A DNA stretch of 20,000 nt from Chiloscyllium plagiosum. Its lineage: Eukaryota. Of this stretch, positions 10,350 to 19,881 are shown one piece after another (within the stretch, counting starts at the first letter, position 1; the number at the start of each line of letters is the position of its first letter). The DNA lies in assembly GCF_004010195.1 (NCBI RefSeq), contig NC_057719.1, positions 2,076,248 to 2,096,247 on the forward strand, in the 5' to 3' direction. Under the pieces are notes generated by a model. That model ran no database searches and was not told where the DNA came from. It was given only the letters and a program-made list of their open reading frames with translations. Made by a program: the position numbers and the translations under genes.

Positions 10350-10524
10350 AAGTTAAAAATCACACAACACCAGATTATAGTCCAATCAGTTTATTTGGAG
10401 GCACTAGCTTTCAGAGTGCTGCTCCTTCAACAGGTGCTTCCAAATAAACCTGTTGAACTATAACCTGGTGTTGTGTGATTTTTAACTTTGTCCACCCCAG
10501 TCCCACACCGGCATCTCCAAATCA
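10350..10524. mobile_element. PLE pseudo-LTR hairpin insertion (second family) with TSD
   Basis: Arms ~10351-10404 and ~10434-10487 are reverse complements. Perfect 13-bp flanking duplication caattaattgatg at 10337-10349 and 10525-10537. The loop holds a mutated hammerhead on the minus strand. Confidence 0.85.
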
Positions 10525-10574
10525 CAATTAATTGATGGAGAACAAATAGATTAAAAGAATCAAGAAATATTCAA

Positions 10575-11445
10575 ACAACTTTAAAATACTTGTATAAGTG
10601 TATGAGAAGGAAAATAAACAGAATCCCTTAAAGAAAGGAGACATTATAACTGGGAATAAGCCATATAAAATATTTTGTATTTCTCTTTGCAATAGAAAAC
10701 AAAAACATGCAGGAAGTAGTTGGGACCAAGATTTCAGTGAATGGTGAACATCAAAACTAAATAAGAAAAGTTCGGGAGAAATTAGTGGAATTAAAAGCCG
10801 ACCGCTTCCCTGGATTGGACAGGCTATGTCCTCGGCTTTTAGGATATGACTGCAAAATGGTGGATGCTTGGTTTGATCTTCCAGGTTTCTCTAGATTCTA
10901 CAGCAGTTCCCTTTACATGTCAAATAGAACCCTGTTTTTAGGCAAGATAGGAGAAGGAAACCTCAGAACCATCTGTCAGGTAGCCGGACTTCACTTGGGA
11001 AAATGTTGGCATCGATTGTTGGGGATATGGCAACAGGGCAAAGCACGATGATTAGGCATAGTTAATGTAGTCTTTGAATAGGGATATTGCTTGACACATA
11101 TATTTGGTTTGTTAACAGACATTTGGTAAGCTGCCTTATAAGACTTTGTGGTATTAGATGAGGTGATTGGTGTGTTAACAGAAAGACAGAAGGCAGTCAG
11201 AACAGAACTGTAATCTTTAGAACGGCAATGTGGTAACTGATGAGTATCGTGAGGCCTTGCTACTTACAATCTGCATCATTAACTCAGGTGATGGAACCAA
11301 GTGCAATGGATCAAAGTTTGCTGATGATACAAGTCTGGGTAGGAGAGTGAGTTGTGAGGAAGACTGATCCTGCAAAGAGCTATAGAGAGATTCAGTAATT
11401 TAACAAAGAGGTGGCACATGGTGTTTAAAGTGGAGACTGTGAACT
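10575..11445 (+). pseudogene. Heavily degraded CR1 ORF2
   Basis: KLVELKADRFPGLDRLCPRLL (compare LKADKSPGPDGLHPRVL) near 10780-10840 and aagtttgctgatgataca (KFADDT) near 11315-11331. Confidence 0.7.
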
Positions 11446-11493
11446 ATTAGCGGAACCAGTTTTGTTCACTAAATTCAACTCTGTAATGGATCA

Positions 11494-11998
11494 TTTATCA
11501 TTCATCCGTGGGATGTGGGTATCACTGGCTGGCCCAGCGTTTATTGCCCATCCTTAGTTGCGTTGGGAAAATGATGGGGAGCTGTCAAAATGCAGTTAGG
11601 GAGGGAGTTCCATGACTTAAACCAAGTGCTGAAGAAATGGTAATTTATTCCCAAGTCAGGATGGTGAGTGGCACAGAGGAGATCTTTGTGGGGGTGGGAG
11701 TGTTGGTGTTTCCAGGTATCTGCTGTGTTGGCCCTTCCAGATGGAAGTGGCCGTGGGTTTGGAAGGTGCTGTCTGAGGACCTTTGGTCAGTTTCTACAGT
11801 GTATCTTGTAGATGGTACACACTGCTGCTACTGAGCATTGTTGTGGTGGAGGGAGTGGGTGTTTGTGGATGTGGTGCCAATCAAGCGGCTGCTTTGTCCT
11901 GGATGGTGTCAAGCTCCTTGAGTGTTGTTGGAGCTGCCCCCATCCAGGGCAAGTGGGGAGGATTCCCTCACACTCCTGACTTGTGCCTTGTCAATGGG
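11494..11998 (-). mobile_element. CR1/L2-supergroup LINE, ORF2 C-terminus and 3' end
   Basis: Minus strand reads KAQVRSV..SPLA..MGAAPTTLKELDTIQDKAA.LIG..HSLHH with frameshifts. 3' end is caataaacgctgggccagccagtgatacccacatcccacggatgaatg. Confidence 0.8.
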
Positions 11999-12004
11999 GA
12001 GTTA

Positions 12005-12190
12005 GAAATATAGAATGAAGGAATGAATGTAGGCCATTCAGCCCTTCGAGCCTTCTCTGTTGTTCAGACTGATCATCCAACTCCATCCCCTTTTCCTGAT
12101 TTCTCCCCGGATCCAATGAACACTTTAGGCCTAAGAAATGCATCCACATCTTTCTTGAAAGTCTTCAGTGTTTTGGCCTCCACGCTTTCA
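12005..12190 (-). mobile_element. CR1 3' end fragment
   Basis: gtaggccattcagcccttcgagcc tail; minus-strand VEAKTLKTFKKDVDAFL matches the CR1 ORF2 terminus. Confidence 0.75.
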
Positions 12191-12955
12191 TAAGAGTGCT
12201 GATGGAGTAGCACAGCAAAGATCACTGCTCTGAAGTTGGGACTATGCCAAGGATTCTTTCTTCTACCTAGGTCAAACCCAACCACTGATGGGAGAGTGCA
12301 GAGACGGTGTTACTCCACCTGACCTGGGTGAGCTTGGAGGTGGCATTTCATTTTCTAGCCAAGGTAGCAATGCTTGATGTTGAAGCTGGTGATCTGAATC
12401 AATACAGATTTTCATTTCCCTGTACTCAGGCTCTACACTTCCAGCATTGATTAAATGAATGAATCACCAAATGATGTAATGTGGCTCAGAGATGTAGAAT
12501 GTTTTTTTTAGAAAAAGTATTCCGATGAGCACCAATCGAGTTTTTAAGATTTAATATCCAGAATTCATCATATGCACCCTACTGAACGTAGCAGGAAAAG
12601 AGTATTGTGAGGTGCAAGAACTATTTGGTTTCACTGCCTGCTGCAGAGGTTACACTGTACTGCAGTGTGCAATGAAAATGAATCTCACTGTAGTGCAAAT
12701 TGCATGCTACAAAAGCACTTCAAGTCATGTAATTCGATCGTGGAGTTTGCAAATGGAACTCAACTGCCCCCACAGACTCTCGGCCTGCATACATCAGACA
12801 GAACAAAAACTGGCTGGACTGTCTCTCAAGGACGTAATGCATTGCAGCGCCTCTGTTGAATCTGCCCAAGTCTGCTGTGCCAATGGCTCCTTTGGGTTAC
12901 ATAATCAGAGTTTATTGATGTTCCTGTGTCACAGAATATGTGAGCCTGTGCTTCG

Positions 12956-13030
12956 TGTACATCTGTAAAGGTGCAATAAAAGCACTTTGCAGAACGTGTG
13001 TATTTGTGGTAAAGATATGTTGGTGTTGAG
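12956..13030 (+). terminator. Candidate cleavage/polyadenylation signal
   Basis: TGTA at 12956 and 12964, AATAAA at 12975-12980, CA at 12990-12991, and GT/T-rich downstream element from 12996 (gtgtgtatttgtggt...tgttggtgttg). Motif evidence only. Confidence 0.35.
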
Positions 13031-13229
13031 TTTGACAAATTTGTATGATGGGAGATTGTGCCTTGTCCGATGATTGGTTTAAAACAAAACAGTCTCCAGT
13101 TTTGACTCCGCTGAAGATTCAGACTCCCCGGGTCACTGTAGTCAAGTGGATACTCTCCGTGTTCAAATCTAGACAGAACTCTAGTTATTGTGTACCATTC
13201 TAAATATTCTCTCTTGGCACAACACAGTT

Positions 13230-13545
13230 TAAATGTGAGGACAGGTTGTCTAAAGTAGGCTTCTCATCCCTGGAAATAACTTGACTGAGGTGTTTAAAAT
13301 ATATTTCAAAGCATTTGTAGTTTGAGTGGTGAGAGAATGCATAGGGACATCGTCTTAAGATTAAATGGAGAATATTCCAGAGTAAATCCAGAAAACACAC
13401 TTTCACACAAAGGATTGTGGATAGTCTGAACTCTGGGTGCAAGGCTTCAGCTTGGAAGGGTACTGCGGGATTTGGATCAAAGTGGATGAAATTAAATTCA
13501 AGTGCTGGCCAGCCATGTCTTAATCAAACTACCCAGTTCCTGTTC
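13230..13545 (+). mobile_element. Degraded CR1 3' fragment
   Basis: gaggacaggttgtctaaagtaggc, ttgactgaggtgtttaaaat, agggacatcgtcttaag and ttcacacaaaggattgtg (FTQRIV). Confidence 0.6.
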
Positions 13546-14185
13546 CTTTGTTTCCTCTTGTACGGCAGTTAGCCTTTTCTCACCCAGTCTCGCCCCTCTG
13601 TAAAGCGCCATGAGCTGTGGCCAGCAATCAGAGTGCAGCCTGGAAGCTGTCCATGGGCTGTTTGATCCCATATGGGCTTTGTGTTGGGCTGGGAATTGCC
13701 CTTAGTCACTTGACTAATATGAACGCCCTCTCAGAAGAAAAAGGTAAAAGCCTGACTGGAGGTGAAAAGTTTGCACATTTCTTATTTAAAGAAGTCTTTC
13801 TAAAGGTGGTTCAGGGACTCTGTGGTTTGACCTATTCTTCTGAAGTATAATGAGCAGGGGGGTACAATAAGCTGCAGCATTGTAGGGACCTGCCATTCAC
13901 CATGAAAGGCCAGCAGGTGCTGAGTCGCTCAGAATTAATTAAACTGTGTGATTATTGCCCGGGTGAGGTCAATTCCCTCCTGATTCTTGAACCTGTTCAA
14001 ATGCTCGATGTTTTGCGGAGGATGGCCACAAGCGAGGGATATCAGTAGTTGTTCCCTTGTGTATGGTGAGGAAATTAAGATAATTGTCTTACGTAATGTG
14101 TAAAATAAGATGGGAGTTTCATGCGGAAGGTGTTTACTCTTTTGGGGATTGGTGGGCTGAGACTGTATTTTGCTTAAAGTGTTGG

Positions 14186-14755
14186 AGTCACAGAGATGTA
14201 CAGCACAGAAACAGACCCTTCGGTCCAACTCTGCATACTGACCAGATACTGGATCAGTGGTGCTGGAAGAGCACAGCAATTCAGGCAGCATCCGACGAGC
14301 AGCAAAATCGACGTTTCGGGCAAAAGCCCTGGCTTTTGCCCGAAACGTTGATTTTGCTGCTCGTCGGATGCTGCCTGAATTGCTGTGCTCTTCCAGCACC
14401 ACTGATCCAGAATCTGGTTTCCAGCATCTGCAGTCATTGTTTTTACCATACTGACCAGATATTCTAACCTAATCTAGTCCCATTTGCCAGTATTTGGCCC
14501 ATATACCTCCAAACCCTTCCAATTCGTGTAACCATCCAGGTGCCTTTTAAATGATATAATTGTACCAGCCTCCACCACTTCCTCTGGCAGCTCATTCCAC
14601 ACACGTACCACCCTCTGTGTGGAAAAAGTTGCCCCTTAGGTCCCTTTTATATCTTTCCCCTCTCACCCTAAACCTATGCCCTCTAATTTTAGACTCCCCC
14701 CAACTCAGGGAAAACACATTGGCTATTACCCTATCCATGCCCCTCATGATGTGAT
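14186..14755 (-). mobile_element. CR1 (HER1-like) 3' end, interrupted at 14249-14446
   Basis: Minus ORF RGHRFRVRGERYKRDLRGNFF is identical to the peptide at 18290-18350; tail gagtcacagagatgtacagcacagaaacagaccc. Confidence 0.92.
14249..14446. mobile_element. Young PLE-derived palindromic insertion, 80-bp arms, 15-bp TSD
   Basis: 14249-14328 vs 14331-14410 match 79/80 as reverse complements with a 2-nt spacer. TSD catactgaccagata at 14234-14248 and 14447-14461. Confidence 0.92.
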
Positions 14756-14845
14756 AAACATTTCCATAGCTCACTTTACAATCCTTCTAGCTAATGAAGT
14801 ACTTTGGAAATATAAAAATCACTGTCTTATAGGAGGCACAGCACC

Positions 14846-14881
14846 ATTCCTGATGAAAGGCTTTTGCCTGAAACGTCGATT
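14846..14881 (+). ncRNA. Minimal type I hammerhead ribozyme motif
   Basis: attc-CTGATGA-A-AGGC-TTTT-GCCT-GAAAC-GTC-gatt: intact core, perfect 4-bp stem II, palindromic ACGT in place of stem III, short stem I. Predicted cleavage after C14877. Confidence 0.75.
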
Positions 14882-15105
14882 CTCCTGCTCTTCGGATGCT
14901 GCTTTTCCAGCATCACAGTCTCAACTCTAATCTCCAGCATCTGCAGTCCTCACTTTCTCCTAGTTGACTTTAACCTTCCTGCGAATCCTCTTGCAAGGAT
15001 GCCTACCTTGAAGAAGTTCTCCTCCCCTCTCTACAAAGATCTCAGTGAGTCTCTCTCTCACTGCACCCCCCAGGTCATCTCCTCTGCCCTGAAGCTCTTC
15101 TCCAC

Positions 15106-15139
15106 GTCCTGATGAAGGGCTTTTGCCTGAAACGTCGAT
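15106..15139 (+). ncRNA. Minimal type I hammerhead ribozyme motif
   Basis: gtc-CTGATGA-A-GGGC-TTTT-GCCT-GAAAC-GTC-gat: intact core, stem II with a basal G-U pair. Predicted cleavage after C15136. Confidence 0.72.
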
Positions 15140-15639
15140 TCCCCTGCTCCTCAGATGCTGCCTGACATGCTGTGCTTTTCCAGCACCACACTCAACAGGA
15201 GCCACAGCAGCGAATTCATACACAGCAAGCTCCCAGTAATAATATAATGGTCAGAAAGCCTTTTTCTTTCTAAAAATGTGTTTGTTAAAGCAAAGGTATT
15301 TCTCAGGCATCTGAAGATACCTTCCCTACCATGAAGTTATGCTGCAGGAGTTTGACCATGTTTAACATTGCAACTCAGTACTGCCCCAGGAGAGTCTGTA
15401 AATGCGTGGAGAGTGAATCACCAGATCTCTGACTGAATGTGTCACTCTCTGAACAATTGCCCTCTCAATCTTGCGAGGGGGTGTTAGTGCCATGGAGTGG
15501 AATTTTTAAATTCTGGGTAACAGGGTGGTCAGCTGGTATTGCCTGCTCAGATATAACCTGGTACGAGCAGAATAAAGCTTTCCCTGATCCTGTCCTTCTC
15601 CATATCTCCCACCCTTTGACCTTGGCAGAGATTGTCAGT

Positions 15640-16283
15640 TGAGATTGAATACTAGTTTGGAGGTACAGCAGGTATGAGGTAAATGGAATGTTGGCATTTA
15701 TTGCGAAAGGAGTAGAGTGTAAAAGTGGGGAAGTGTTGCTGCTACTGTACAAGGCATTAGTGAGACTGTGTCTGGTGTACAGTTATGGTCCCTTAGTTCA
15801 GGAGGGATGCGGTTACATTAGAAGCAGTTCAGAGGTGCTTCACTAGGTTGATTTTAGAGATGAGAGGTTTGTCTTATGAAGAGAGATTGAACCGTTGAGG
15901 ACTATACACTCTGGAGTTCAGAAGAATGCGAGGAGATCTAATTGAAGTCTATAAGATGCTAAAGGGGATTGACAAAGCAGATGTTTCCTCGCGTGGGACA
16001 ATCTAGAATGAGAGGTCACAGTTTGAGGATGACTGGTAGCAGATTTAAAACAGAAATGAGGCGAAATTACATCCGTCAAAGGAGCGTGAATCTGGAGAAT
16101 TCACTTCCCCAGAGCGTGGTGGATCCCAGGACATTGAGTAAGTTGAAGGAGACTGGCAGGTTTTTAATTAGTAATGGGTTGAAGGGTTATGAAGAGTGGG
16201 CAGAAAAGTGAGATTAGCCATGATGGTACCCAATGGCAGGCGCAGACTCAAGGAGCTGAATGGCCTACTCCTGCCCCTCTTTT
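15640..16283 (+). mobile_element. CR1 LINE 3' portion
   Basis: NGMLAFIAKGVECKSGEVLLLLYKALVR, LEAVQRCFTRLI, RGDLIEVYKML, RGHSLRMTGSRFKTEMRRNY; tail gctgaatggcctactcctgc. Confidence 0.9.
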
Positions 16284-16454
16284 ATTAATGAGATGTCCCC
16301 ACATTGGCTGACCTTTGATTCCTGGTAAGGATCTAGGCACCATTGATTCTTTTGAGCCTGAACTGAGACCATTCAAGGTTATGGCAATGAACTCTAGGAG
16401 ACTTCCATCTTTACTGGCAAGGGCTAGATTAACTTGCTCGGGAAGGGGAGCTCA

Positions 16455-16772
16455 TTATTTATTTGCTCATCATTAGTGAGGCCAGCATTTAATGCCAATA
16501 CCTCATTACCCAGAGGGCAGTTAAGAGTCACCCACATTGCTGTGGGACTGGAGTCACGTGTAGGGCAGACCAGGTAAGGATGGCAGTGTCCTTCCCTAAA
16601 GGATAGCAGTGACCCAGGTGGGTTTTTGCTGACAATGAACAACTGCCATCATGACCGCTAATACCTGATTTCTACTTTTTAGTGAATTCAGGTTTTGCCA
16701 TCTGCCAAGGCAGGATTCATGGCAGAACATTAGCTGGGTTTCTCGATTAATAGTTGACAGATTATGTCACTA
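16455..16772 (-). mobile_element. SINE sharing its 3' tail with the LINE family at 11494
   Basis: ggccagcatttaatgcc tail resembles ggcccagcgtttattgccc at 11532. Body cagagggcagttaagagtca..ggagtcacgtgtagggcagaccaggtaaggatggcag..ccttccctaaagga is recalled as a common shark SINE. Confidence 0.65.
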
Positions 16773-17003
16773 ATCGTCCCCCCTCACTTTGAAGTGTCTA
16801 ACCCATACACCTTTCTTCCGTCAATCATCTGAGAGAAACCTTGCTAATTCAAACCAATAAAAAACTGTGCATTCAAACTGAGTTTTCCATTTAAAAATCT
16901 TTTTGAAATAGTGTTATGAATATTTCATTACGGATACACTGTGCTCAAAATCTCTTGGCAAGTTTTCTCCGCCTTCCTGCTGGGATATGGTTCCCTGGAC
17001 ATT

Positions 17004-17059
17004 GGTTGTGTGGGTAACCTTGTCCCGGTTGCGTGGGTAACCTTGTCCCGGTTGCGTGG
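17004..17059 (+). repeat. 23-bp tandem repeat, ~2.4 copies
   Basis: ggttg(t/c)gtgggtaaccttgtccc at 17004 and 17027, partial copy at 17050. Confidence 0.95.
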
Positions 17060-17306
17060 AGTGGAGTGGGATCACACCCAGTTTGGGCATCACAGCAATG
17101 TAGGAACATGAGGTGACTGTATACAGACATCTGCTCAGCTGTCAGTGTAGACATCGCTTATTGTCCTCAGCAGAAAGCCGGCAAGCGCTGTTTAAAAACT
17201 AGTTAAAGTAGCATTCTTCCACTGCCCTTCAGGGAGAGAGGTCCACTGTCCTTGTTTGGTCTGCATGTGTCTCCAGATGTGTAGCAATGTGTTTGACTTG
17301 TAACGA

Positions 17307-18580
17307 AACGTGGTGCCACTGTTTAAGAAGGGCGGTAAGGACAAGCCAGGGAACTAGAGACCAGTGAGCTTGACCTCGGTGGTGGGCAAGTTGTTGGAGG
17401 GAATTCTGAGGGACAGAATGTACATGTATTTGGAAAGGCAAGGACTGATTAGGGATAGTTAACATGGCTTTGTGTGTGGGAAATCATGTCTCACAAACTT
17501 GATTGAGTTTTTTGATGAAGTAACAAAGAAGATTGATGAGGGCAGAGCAGTAGATGTGATCTATATGGACTTCAGTAAGGCGTTCGACAAGGTTCCCCAT
17601 GGGAGACTGNNNNNNNNNNNNNNNNNNNNNNNNNNNNNNNNNNNNNNNNNNNNNNNNNNNNNNNNNNNNNNNNNNNNNNNNNNNNNNNNNNNNNNNNNNN
17701 NNNNNNNNNNNNNNNNNNNNNNNNNNNNNNNNNNNNNNNNNNNNNNNNNNNNNNNNNNNNNNNNNNNNNNNNNNNNNNNNNNNNNNNNNNNNNNNNNNNN
17801 NNNNNNNNNNNNNNNNNNNNNNNNNNNNNNNNNNNNNNNNNNNNNNNNNNNNNNNNNNNNNNNNNNNNNNNNNNNNNNNNNNNNNNNNNNNNNNNNNNNN
17901 NNNNNNNNNNNNNNNNNNNNNNNNNNNNNNNNNNNNNNNNNNNNNNNNNNNNNNNNNNNNNNNNNNNNNNNNNNNNNNNNNNNNNNNNNNNNNNNNNNNN
18001 NNNNNNNNNNNNNNNNNNNNNNNNNNNNNNNNNNNNNNNNNNNNNNNNNNNNNNNNNNNNNNNNNNNNNNNNNNNNNNNNNNNNNNNNNNNNNNNNNNNN
18101 NNNNNNNNNNNNNNNNNNNNNNNNNNNNNNNNNNNTGAGCTATAGGGAGAAGCTGAACAGGCTGGGGCTGTTTTCCCTGGAGCGTTGGATGCTGAGGGGT
18201 GACCTTATAGAGGTTTACAAAATTATGAGAGGCCTGGACAGGGTAAATAGTCAAAATCTTTTCCCTGGGGTCGGGGAGTCCAGGACTAGAGGGCATAGGT
18301 TTAGGGTGAGAGGGGAAAGATATAAAAGAGACCTAAGGGGCAACTTTTTCACACAGAGGGTGGTACGTGTATGGAATGAGCTGCTAGAGGAAGTGGTGGA
18401 GACTGGTACAATTGCAACATTTAAGAGGCATTTGGATGGGTATATGAATAGGAAGAGTTTGGAGGGGTATGGGCCGGGTGCTGGCAGGTGGGACTAATTG
18501 GGTTGGGATATCTGGTCGGCATTGACGGGTTGGACTGAAGGTCTGTTTCCATGCTGTACATCTCTCTGACTCCATGACTC
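17307..18580 (+). mobile_element. Young 5'-truncated CR1 (HER1-like) LINE, RT pseudogene spanning the assembly gap
   Basis: [64 protein letters not shown] with in-frame stops at 17355 and 17460. After the gap the frame reads SYREKLNRLGLFSLE..FFTQRVVRVWNEL, then the tail tgactccatgactc. Confidence 0.95.
17610..18135. other. Assembly gap (526 N)
   Basis: Run of N. Confidence 1.
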
Positions 18581-18595
18581 TCAGCCATTGTTGTA

Positions 18596-19079
18596 TCATA
18601 GAATCCCTACAGTGTGGAAACAGGCCCTTCAGCCCAACAAGTCCATGCTGATCCTCCAAAGAGTAACCCACCCAATCCCATTCCCCTACCCTATTGTTCT
18701 ACATTTACCCCTGACTAATCCACCCAGATGAAAATGTGTACTGCAGGTGCTGGAGATTAGAGTCAAGAGTGTGGTGCTGGAAAAGCACAGCAGATCAGGC
18801 AGCATCCGAGGAGCAGGAGAATTGATGTTTCAGGCAAAAATTGATTTTCCTAATCCACCTAATCTACACATCCCTGAACGCCATGATCAATTTTGCATGG
18901 CCAATCCACCTAACTTGCACATCTTTGGACTGTTGGAGGAAACTAGAGCACTCAAAGGAAACCCACGCTGACACAGGGAGAATGTGTAAACTCCACACAG
19001 TCACCCAAGGCTGGAATCAAACCCGGGACCCAGGTGCTGAGAGGCAGCAGAGCTAACCACTGAGCCACTGTGCTGCCCC
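18596..19079 (-). mobile_element. Full-length HE1-like V-SINE interrupted at 18725-18849
   Basis: Minus-strand head ggggcagcacagtggctcagtggttagctctgctgcctctcagc..gggtttgattcc (A/B boxes), V-domain-like body and LINE-type tail. Confidence 0.92.
18725..18849 (-). mobile_element. PLE pseudo-LTR fragment nested in a SINE, 10-bp TSD
   Basis: gtggtgctggaaaagcacagcagatcaggcagcatccgaggagcagg; ctaatccacc duplicated at 18715-18724 and 18850-18859. Confidence 0.85.
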
Positions 19080-19419
19080 AAGCCACTATAGAAAAGTTTT
19101 AATACGCAAGTGAGATAGACCACTGAGTGTCGGTGTAGATGCTGGAAATGATGAGGGTGCACCCGGTCTGATGACTCCTTCTGTGTGAACTGGGAGAGCT
19201 GTCCTTCAGACTTGTCCATCTCTCTCTGAATCACACCTCACAGTGTGTGTCTGAGATTTCTTCTCCGTTGTGGTTATGTCCTGTCCCACCAACGCTTGAG
19301 GTGTCAGTGATGTGGTGTACAGTTTCAGAGGGAGAGAGAGAGTGACTAGGTAATTATGGCTGGTTATCCTGATGTATATATCTCAATGGGAAACAGCAGT
19401 GTCTAGCCAGAGCTTAGAA

Positions 19420-19778
19420 TGTGGTATCGGTGTGCTGATGTCTGAAAGCAGTTGTTCAAACCCACTCCAGGGATCTGAACACAATCCAGTTTGCCAGTGT
19501 ACTTTACTACTGAGGGTGCTTTGCGATGTGAAAGCACAGGCCTCCTCTGCTTCTTCGGGTGAATGTAAATGATTCCTACTTCAGCAGGAGCAGAGAAAGT
19601 CTTCCTGCTTAAACCTTCGTGAAGATGATTATAAAGATCTAACGTTTGTGCAGATTGGCTGCCATTGGCTCCTATGTTCCGACAAGGACAACTCTTCAAA
19701 CTACCTGAATGGCTGCACATTGCTTTTAAGATGTGCTGAGTTTGTGAAAGTTGGAGAGAAATGCCTGTTCCTTTCTTT
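19420..19778 (+). mobile_element. Old Deu-domain SINE
   Basis: B-box-like gttcaaacccactccag, then tactgagggtgct, gggtgaatgtaaatgattcc and tgtgcagattggctgcc; reverse-complement homologue of 3530-3880. Confidence 0.65.
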
Positions 19779-19881
19779 CCTGCATTTTGAAGTTAACTTC
19801 TGAAATGGCAATTAATTGAAAAGTTGTTTTGAGAAGCATGCTGTTAGTATCTGCTGCTTGTCAGGACTTCCCCCACCTCCC

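Larger units (their letters stand above)
14844..15196 (+). mobile_element. PLE-derived element with direct repeats, two hammerheads and a probable ORF N-terminal stub
   Basis: Direct repeats at ~14848-14926 and ~15107-15196. TSD aggaggcacagca (14831-14843) / aggagccacagca (15197-15209), 12/13. Internal ATG-led frame MPTLKKFSSPLYKDLSESLSHCTPQVISSALKLF from 14999. Confidence 0.85.
14760..15450 (-). mobile_element. Old Deu-domain SINE split by the tandem-hammerhead element
   Basis: agctaatgaagtactttggaa..tcactgtcttataggaggcacagca before the insertion and aggagccacagcagcgaattcatacacagcaagctccc after it. Confidence 0.55.

Noticed and set aside
12612..12968. 118-aa Cys-rich ORF
   Set aside because: GTG start, no recognisable domain, and length compatible with chance.
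12960..12995. miR-17-family precursor on the minus strand (CAAAGTGCTT...)
   Set aside because: Only the first 10 nt match and the hairpin is far too short for a pre-miRNA.
13588..13743. Possible + strand exon with gccATG
   Set aside because: Stops occur in all frames from the acceptor, the ATG frame is only 31 aa, and no homology is recognised.
14249..14446. DNA-transposon MITE interpretation of the hairpins
   Set aside because: Arms are asymmetric with a one-sided tail, TSD length varies from 10 to 15 bp among copies, and hammerhead remnants favour a Penelope-like retroelement origin.
17472..18497. 341-aa intact reverse transcriptase gene
   Set aside because: Half is N, there are in-frame stops upstream, and it is a 5'-truncated LINE.
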